A stretch of DNA of 10,913 nucleotides from an uncultured bacterium (GTDB taxonomy: Bacteria; Lernaellota; Lernaellaia; Lernaellales; Lernaellaceae), in the NCBI GenBank assembly GCA_964534375.1, contig CAZHPN010000192.1, positions 1-10,913 of the forward strand, written 5' to 3'. Position 1 is the first letter of the stretch. Every line of letters starts with the position of its first letter. A program made the translations under genes and the position numbers. The notes beneath the pieces are model-generated. The model did no database searches. It worked only from the letters and a program-made list of their open reading frames with translations, and was not told where the DNA came from. Shown here in pieces: positions 6,274-10,913 of the stretch.

Positions 6274-8745
6274 AGCGACCTCCGTGGGATTGGCGACTCG
6301 GGGCGCCGACGGCGAAGCGGACTTCAGCGCGGCCGCGGCGTCCCCATTTTTTCCTTTTTCCTTCCCGGCGCATTCCATGAACCGCGCGTAGTCCAGCACC
6401 GCGGCCGCCAGGGCCGGGCCGCTCAGGCCGCCTTCTTCCATGACCTTCGCCGCGGCGCCGCTGCCGAGATAGCGGCCGGCGAGGAACGGGTGCAGCAGCC
6501 GCCGGCGGCCCGCGTACGACGTCACCCAGCGGTGCATCGTCGCGGGCGTGAAGCCGGTGATGCCCATCGCCTCGCGCGCGCGCGCCTCGGGATAAATCGC
6601 GAGCTGTTCCGCCTCCGGCAGCAGGTCGAACAATTCGGCGCTGGCGATGTAATAGACGTTCATGTTCAGCTTTTCGCGGCGCAGCACCGGCAGCACGTCG
6701 GCGACGAAGGCGACGCCGATCTCGCTGCCTTGCAGCACGAGCGTGCCGTGATACGGCCGCCGTTCGGGGTCGCCGGCGATGAGGCGGCAGACGCCCTTGA
6801 CCGACGCTTCCGGCGGCGGCAGGCCGAGCGCCGCGCGGTCGGGGACGATCTCGTTCGGCCGCGTCACGAACGGGCAAAGGACGGCCGGGCGGGCGCGCAG
6901 GCCGGCCAGCAGCAGCGGCCACGCCTCTTGCGCGTCCCATGGCGTCAGCGTGATGAGCGCGCCGCGCGGAAAATTTTCCTGGAGCAGTTGCAGGCACTGC
7001 GGGTCGGCGTGCGTCGGCCCGTCCTCGCCGGTTTTCACGCCGGCGTGTGCGTTGACCATGATGAACGTGCGGAACGGCTCGCCGGTCAGTTGCCGCCGCG
7101 CTTGCTGGCCGATGCAATGCAGCCGCGCCGGCACGTGTTCGAGCGCGGCGAGAAAGGCGCCGTACGACGACGTGACGCCGATGTGCCGCCCGTACGCCGA
7201 AAGCCCGGCCATCAGCGCGCCCATCGCGTCTTCGCAGATGCCGCCGACCGGCAGCAGGCGCGAGGCGCGGTTCGCCGCCGTTTGGAAACCCTTGCCGAAC
7301 GCCGCGCCCGTTTTCGCGACGCTCGTCGATTCGAACAAGTCGGCGGAACTGACAATGAACGCGCCGCCGGTTTTTTCGTTGAGCGCGGCCAGCGCGTCGC
7401 CGACCGCGCCGCGCAGCGTGGCCGCCTTGCCGGGCGTCAATTGCAAGGCGGCGGGCGGCGTTTCCAAGCGCAGTTCCGGGTCGTCGTACACGACTTCCAG
7501 ATGCGGGGCGTCGGCGCGCGGCCGGCGCGCGAGCGCGGCAAGCCGGCGTTGCGCCGCGCGCAGGCGGTCGGCGGCGAACCTCGCCGCTGCGGCTTCCTTT
7601 TCCAGCGCGCCGCGGATGCACAGCAGCGTCTGAAAGTACGTCTCCTCGACGGCGGCGGGCGATTTCGCATCGGTGCAGCGCGGGAACCGTACGCCGAATT
7701 CGCGGAACCGCGCCTCGAACGGCGCGGCGACGAATTGGTAGAACGCATCCGAACAGAACGGGTGCCCGGCGCCGTGCGAGGCCCGGCCCTCGAGGCCGTA
7801 ATGCCAGCCCTTCGTCGTGCGGTAGACGATCGCCGTCGGCAAACCGTTGGCCAGCTCCGCGGCTAGGCGCTGGGCGGCGACGACCTGCCGGAAGTCGGCG
7901 CCATCGTCGACCTGGACAACGTTCCACTCGTGCAGGTGCGCCAGTTCGGCCGGGCTCCACTGCACGTAATCGCCGCGCCGGCCGTCTTCGGCGCAGACGC
8001 AATTCGAGTCGATCGAGGCCTGGTTCCAGTCGACGTGCAGCGCGAAATTCGCCAGGTTCGCCGCCGACGCGCCGGCCAGCGCCTCGTGGACGCGGCCCGG
8101 CGTCAGGCCGCCTTCGCCCTCCAGCGCGTGAATCCGCGGCGGCTGCGCCGGATAAATATCGAGCGCGCCGAGCGCCAGCCCCATCGCCGCCGGCACGCCC
8201 ACGCCCGAGGCCCCGGTCGCCAGGCTCGCAAACGGTGTCGCCGGGGTCGGGTGGCCGTCAAGCGCCTTGGCGCGATATTGGTGGAACAAAGGCGTGTCCT
8301 GCGTCGGATTGCGGCGGAAACCGAGCAGGTCTTCGAGGCGGAGTTGGAATTTCTCCTCGGGCAGCAGGTCCGGCGCGGCGATGCGGGCCAGCTCGTTGCG
8401 TAGCGCCCACGACGCGTACAGGCCCAGCGCCTTGTGGCCGGCGGCGTACACGAGTTGGTCCGCGTGCGGCGCGGTCGGGCGCGAAAAATCGTAGTCGAGG
8501 AACAGGTAGATCAGGCTTTCGACGATGCGGCCCGACGAAATGCTGCCGCCCGGGTGGCCGGAGGTCGGCACGTAGTTGAAGAGCACGCCGCAGAGGGTGC
8601 GATAGGCGAGGTCGATCGTCTCCAGCGCCGCGAAATCGGCGTCGCTCACGTCGAGCGGAATCCGGTCGAGCAGGTCGCGCACGCGGAACATCTGGGAACG
8701 TCGGGGGGCGAACGAAAAGGGCTGCGCCAGGGCGTCGAAAATCAT
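5107..8745 (-). CDS. Transketolase-like ThDP enzyme (aa 1 to ~790) fused in frame to a class I/II PLP-dependent aminotransferase (aa 825-1212)
   Basis: TK motifs: SGHPGG, AAGHK, DGHPT, GEG-x28-N (DWN), SHGAG, SADL, GICE, HAG...GEDGPTH. Aminotransferase motifs: LEIGEPDF, PGAK, NSPQNPTGG, DEIY, DGFSKTYAMTGWRAGY (PLP Lys), PKGAFY, YLRFSYA. GGAG SD upstream of ATG 8743-8745. Confidence 0.85.
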   Translation of the reverse strand: MIFDALAQPFSFAPRRSQMFRVRDLLDRIPLDVSDADFAALETIDLAYRTLCGVLFNYVPTSGHPGGSISSGRIVESLIYLFLDYDFSRPTAPHADQLVYAAGHKALGLYASWALRNELARIAAPDLLPEEKFQLRLEDLLGFRRNPTQDTPLFHQYRAKALDGHPTPATPFASLATGASGVGVPAAMGLALGALDIYPAQPPRIHALEGEGGLTPGRVHEALAGASAANLANFALHVDWNQASIDSNCVCAEDGRRGDYVQWSPAELAHLHEWNVVQVDDGADFRQVVAAQRLAAELANGLPTAIVYRTTKGWHYGLEGRASHGAGHPFCSDAFYQFVAAPFEARFREFGVRFPRCTDAKSPAAVEETYFQTLLCIRGALEKEAAAARFAADRLRAAQRRLAALARRPRADAPHLEVVYDDPELRLETPPAALQLTPGKAATLRGAVGDALAALNEKTGGAFIVSSADLFESTSVAKTGAAFGKGFQTAANRASRLLPVGGICEDAMGALMAGLSAYGRHIGVTSSYGAFLAALEHVPARLHCIGQQARRQLTGEPFRTFIMVNAHAGVKTGEDGPTHADPQCLQLLQENFPRGALITLTPWDAQEAWPLLLAGLRARPAVLCPFVTRPNEIVPDRAALGLPPPEASVKGVCRLIAGDPERRPYHGTLVLQGSEIGVAFVADVLPVLRREKLNMNVYYIASAELFDLLPEAEQLAIYPEARAREAMGITGFTPATMHRWVTSYAGRRRLLHPFLAGRYLGSGAAAKVMEEGGLSGPALAAAVLDYARFMECAGKEKGKNGDAAAALKSASPSAPRVANPTEVAVQIAERISRLGTETAFEVLARARALEAKGREIVHLEIGEPDFATPANIVAAAKDGLDKGFTHYGPSAGLPELRETIARDAGARRGLTFAPEQVVVTPGAKPIIFFALLAIANEGDEVIYPNPGFPIYESVIRFIGAKPVALPLLEERAFSFDVEHLQRLVTDKTRMIILNSPQNPTGGVLTRADLAAVAKIARERGIWIFADEIYINILYEGEFETIAREPGVADRLIILDGFSKTYAMTGWRAGYGIMPKELATHVTRLMTNSNSCTNSFVQYACLEALRGPQDEAARMVEEFRKRRDFIVDGLNDLPGFSCVRPKGAFYVFPNVKKLGQTSSFLENFLMNEAGVAALSGTAFGAYGEGYLRFSYANSVANIDKALKNIRGALSKLG

Positions 8746-8809
8746 CGGTTGTCTCCACTTGGCGGACGCCAGCCGCCCGAGCGCGGGTTGCGCCCGAAAA
8801 GGCGGACAG

Positions 8810-8839
8810 AGAGTAGCGCGGCTCGAAGGCGAAAATCAA
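8810..8839 (-). promoter_or_regulatory. Putative sigma70 promoter upstream of the transketolase
   Basis: Minus strand TTGATT (8834-8839), 18-nt spacer, TACTCT (8810-8815), about 65 nt before the ATG. Confidence 0.4.
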
Positions 8840-8867
8840 TCGCGTTTGGTCCAAGGGCAAGCGAAAA

Positions 8868-9926
8868 CTAAAAGTCTACCCCTTTGTAGGCGGGCGCAGA
8901 CATAATACCGGCCCCGCTGTCGTACGTGGGAGTCTTACGCAAGTCCCGAGTCTCGAAAAACATATCGTTAATGCAATCCCGAATTTCCTCCGCAGACATC
9001 TGGCAAAGATCAGCCATCACCGCTTTTTTGTCGCGGGGGGCCATTTTCGCAAATTCGGCCTTCGTGGCGTCCCAACGAGCCGCGCGGCCAATACGGGCCT
9101 GTTCGCCGGGCAGGAACTGCGAAAAATGTTCGAGGCTTGTGTCGGAGGCGCAATCGGGCGAGGGACTCGGACCTTCCCCGCCCTCGGTTTCGCCGAACCG
9201 GTTAATCTGAAGTTGCCGTTTTTTGGTCAATTGCTGGTCGCGAATCTTATCGCTCGATTCGTCCGCACCGGTCGCTTTTTGCGGCGCGGCGCCGGCAGGG
9301 GCGGAAACGTCTTCGCGCATTTTTAATTCGGCTAATTCGGCGAGAAGCTTACGACGGTTCAGACCCTGCCGAATTTCCCGCTCACCGGTTTTACCGATCA
9401 GCGTCTCAATCGTCGCGCACTTCGCGCTCGGCGTCATGGCCATGTACCCGTGTTTTACGTTTTCGATTTCGTCCCACGAAAAATAGTTGGCTTTTTGCAG
9501 GAGCGCGACGAAGTTGGACGGGCTTACATTAGCGCTGCAACTCGTTTTCTCATCGCGGCACCCACTTCCCATTGCCGCAGCGCCGAGTAAGAGCGCCGCG
9601 GCGACAAGCGCAGCCGTCGGGCGCGGCTTCGTTTTCAGCGAGGTCGGAACGCGCGCGGCCAGCAATGCGGCCAGTTCGTCGGCGAGCGCCGGCGCGTTCA
9701 GGGTTTCGCATTCTGGCGCGGGCAAACGCGTGGCGTCGTGGCAGTCGAGCGCCGCCAGCAATTCGCGCAGGCGTGCCCGGGCGTCGGGGTCATCGCGCCG
9801 CGAGCGCACGCGCGAAATCAACCACGCCTCAACCTCGCGCGCCGAGGCGGTCGGCGGGGGCGCGGCTTGCAACGCGTCGAGAAACGCGCGAGCCTTTTGC
9901 GCCACGGTCAGTTCCAAGCGCGACAT
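8868..9926 (-). CDS. Hypothetical membrane-anchored/lipoprotein-like protein with duplicated Cys-anchored module and C-terminal YKGVDF, 352 aa (paralog 1)
   Basis: SD-like AAGGGAG before ATG 9924-9926. Clear homology to the adjacent upstream ORF. Basic patch, hydrophobic helix and MGSGC at aa 98-123. Confidence 0.85.
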   Translation of the reverse strand: MSRLELTVAQKARAFLDALQAAPPPTASAREVEAWLISRVRSRRDDPDARARLRELLAALDCHDATRLPAPECETLNAPALADELAALLAARVPTSLKTKPRPTAALVAAALLLGAAAMGSGCRDEKTSCSANVSPSNFVALLQKANYFSWDEIENVKHGYMAMTPSAKCATIETLIGKTGEREIRQGLNRRKLLAELAELKMREDVSAPAGAAPQKATGADESSDKIRDQQLTKKRQLQINRFGETEGGEGPSPSPDCASDTSLEHFSQFLPGEQARIGRAARWDATKAEFAKMAPRDKKAVMADLCQMSAEEIRDCINDMFFETRDLRKTPTYDSGAGIMSAPAYKGVDF

Positions 9927-9958
9927 AGCTTGACTCCCTTATTCGGCGCCGCCGGGGA

Positions 9959-10913
9959 CTATAAATCCACGCCTTTGTAAAGGACCGCGTAATTGATGTC
10001 GCCCGAGCGATCGTATTTCGGCCCCGCTTTCGGGTTTTCAGTTCCATAAAACATTTCCTCGATGCACTTGCGAATTTCGTCCGGCGACATTTGGCAAAAG
10101 TCGGCCATCACCGCCTTTCGATCCCGGGGGGCCATCGATTCGAATTCGACCTTGACCGCGGCGTTATCGCGCCGCACAGCCCCCCACGCGTTGCGTTCGT
10201 CCGGCAGAAATTGCGACAAATGTTCGAGACTCGTGTCGGAGGCGCAATCGGGAAACGAACTAGGATGTCCCTCGTCCTTGATTTCATCGGGCCGAGCGGC
10301 GTCGTATCGTCGATTTTGCCTGTCGCGAATTTCGTTGCGTAGGATCGTCAACGCGCTAGGAACGGGGCCGTCGAGAAAAACTTGCAGAGCAAAGCTATCG
10401 ATTGGCGGGTCCTCAGCCTTCGCGGCCCCTTTTTTCTTCTTGAATTGCTCGTCGACATCGGAAACTACGAGCGCCAAAAGCTCATATTCGGAATCGCCCC
10501 GGCCGTAAATTCCGGAAAGCGTGCTCCGTAGCCGGCCGGGCATTCGGTGGCTTATTTTCAGATCGTCGAGAACCTTAATTCTGTCGATTCCGGGCGTATA
10601 AGATCGCTCGCTCACGTTTTCGCCATTCAGCGCCCTTATGTATCCGCATTTCATGCCGGGCGTCATGGCCGCGTACTCGCCCTTCGCGCTTTCGATTTCG
10701 TCCCACGAAAAATAATTCGACTTTTGCAGCAGCGAGACGAAGTTGGCTGTGCTGGTGTCGACTCCGCAACGAACTTTCCCGCCGCGGCAACCGCCTAGCG
10801 CCGCGCCGCAAATCAGCAGCGCCGCGGCGATCAGGGCCGTGGTTGGCCGGCGTTTCGTGTTCAATAACGATGGCACGCGGGCGGCGAGCAGAGAGGCCAG
10901 TTCGTCGGCGAGA
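9959..10913 (-). CDS. Paralog 2 of the same uncharacterised family, 5' end outside the window, C-terminal YKGVDL
   Basis: The frame is open to the window edge and reads LADELASLLAARVPSLLNTKRRPTTALIAAALLICGAALGGC, matching paralog 1 (LADELAALLAARVPTSLKTKPRPTAALVAAALLLGAAAMGSGC). The GTG at 10876 is therefore not the true start. Shared blocks include LLQKxNYFSWDEIE and PDCASDTSLEHxSQFLP. Confidence 0.85.
   Translation of the reverse strand, partial: LADELASLLAARVPSLLNTKRRPTTALIAAALLICGAALGGCRGGKVRCGVDTSTANFVSLLQKSNYFSWDEIESAKGEYAAMTPGMKCGYIRALNGENVSERSYTPGIDRIKVLDDLKISHRMPGRLRSTLSGIYGRGDSEYELLALVVSDVDEQFKKKKGAAKAEDPPIDSFALQVFLDGPVPSALTILRNEIRDRQNRRYDAARPDEIKDEGHPSSFPDCASDTSLEHLSQFLPDERNAWGAVRRDNAAVKVEFESMAPRDRKAVMADFCQMSPDEIRKCIEEMFYGTENPKAGPKYDRSGDINYAVLYKGVDL

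Noticed and set aside
5020..7866. 948-aa plus-strand ORF and other long overlapping ORFs (1548-2969, 3938-4927, 6224-8002)
   Set aside because: Antisense or alternative-frame shadows of well-supported high-GC genes. Arg/Ala/Gly-rich with no motifs.
8746..8810. Possible riboswitch (e.g. TPP) in the transketolase leader; GTCCGCC occurs twice around GGGCGG
   Set aside because: The leader is short, lacks the TPP aptamer signature (CUGAGA), and such pairing is expected by chance at this GC content.
10874..10876. GTG start for paralog 2 given by the ORF track
   Set aside because: Homology to paralog 1 continues upstream in frame to the window edge, so the real start lies outside the window.

Overview
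High-GC bacterial window with four blocks. (1) The 5' half of a MoxR-type AAA+ ATPase (minus strand, runs off the left edge). Next to it is an MntA/HepT (MNT-HEPN) toxin-antitoxin pair that, with its predicted promoter, sits between oppositely oriented arrays of the heptamer GCGGAAT/ATTCCGC. (2) A plus-strand operon for cell-envelope glycosylation: ArnT/PMT-like GT-C glycosyltransferase, SAM methyltransferase with a Zn-finger-like N-terminus, and UbiA-family (DPPR-synthase-like) prenyltransferase. It is followed by a repeat-rich, palindromic intergenic element. (3) A 1212-aa minus-strand ORF joining a divergent transketolase (ThDP motif GEG instead of GDG) in frame to a class I/II PLP aminotransferase that keeps its own SD and GTG start. 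One base less in an A-run would split the ORF into two genes. (4) Two tandem paralogous proteins I do not recognise. Each has a long N-terminal extension, an internal lipoprotein-like signal, two copies of a Cys-anchored ~60-aa module and a conserved C-terminal tail PxYD-x10-YKGVD[FL]. The best candidates for something new are block 4, the heptamer-bracketed TA cassette and the TK-aminotransferase fusion. All family assignments come from motif recognition by eye; no searches were run.
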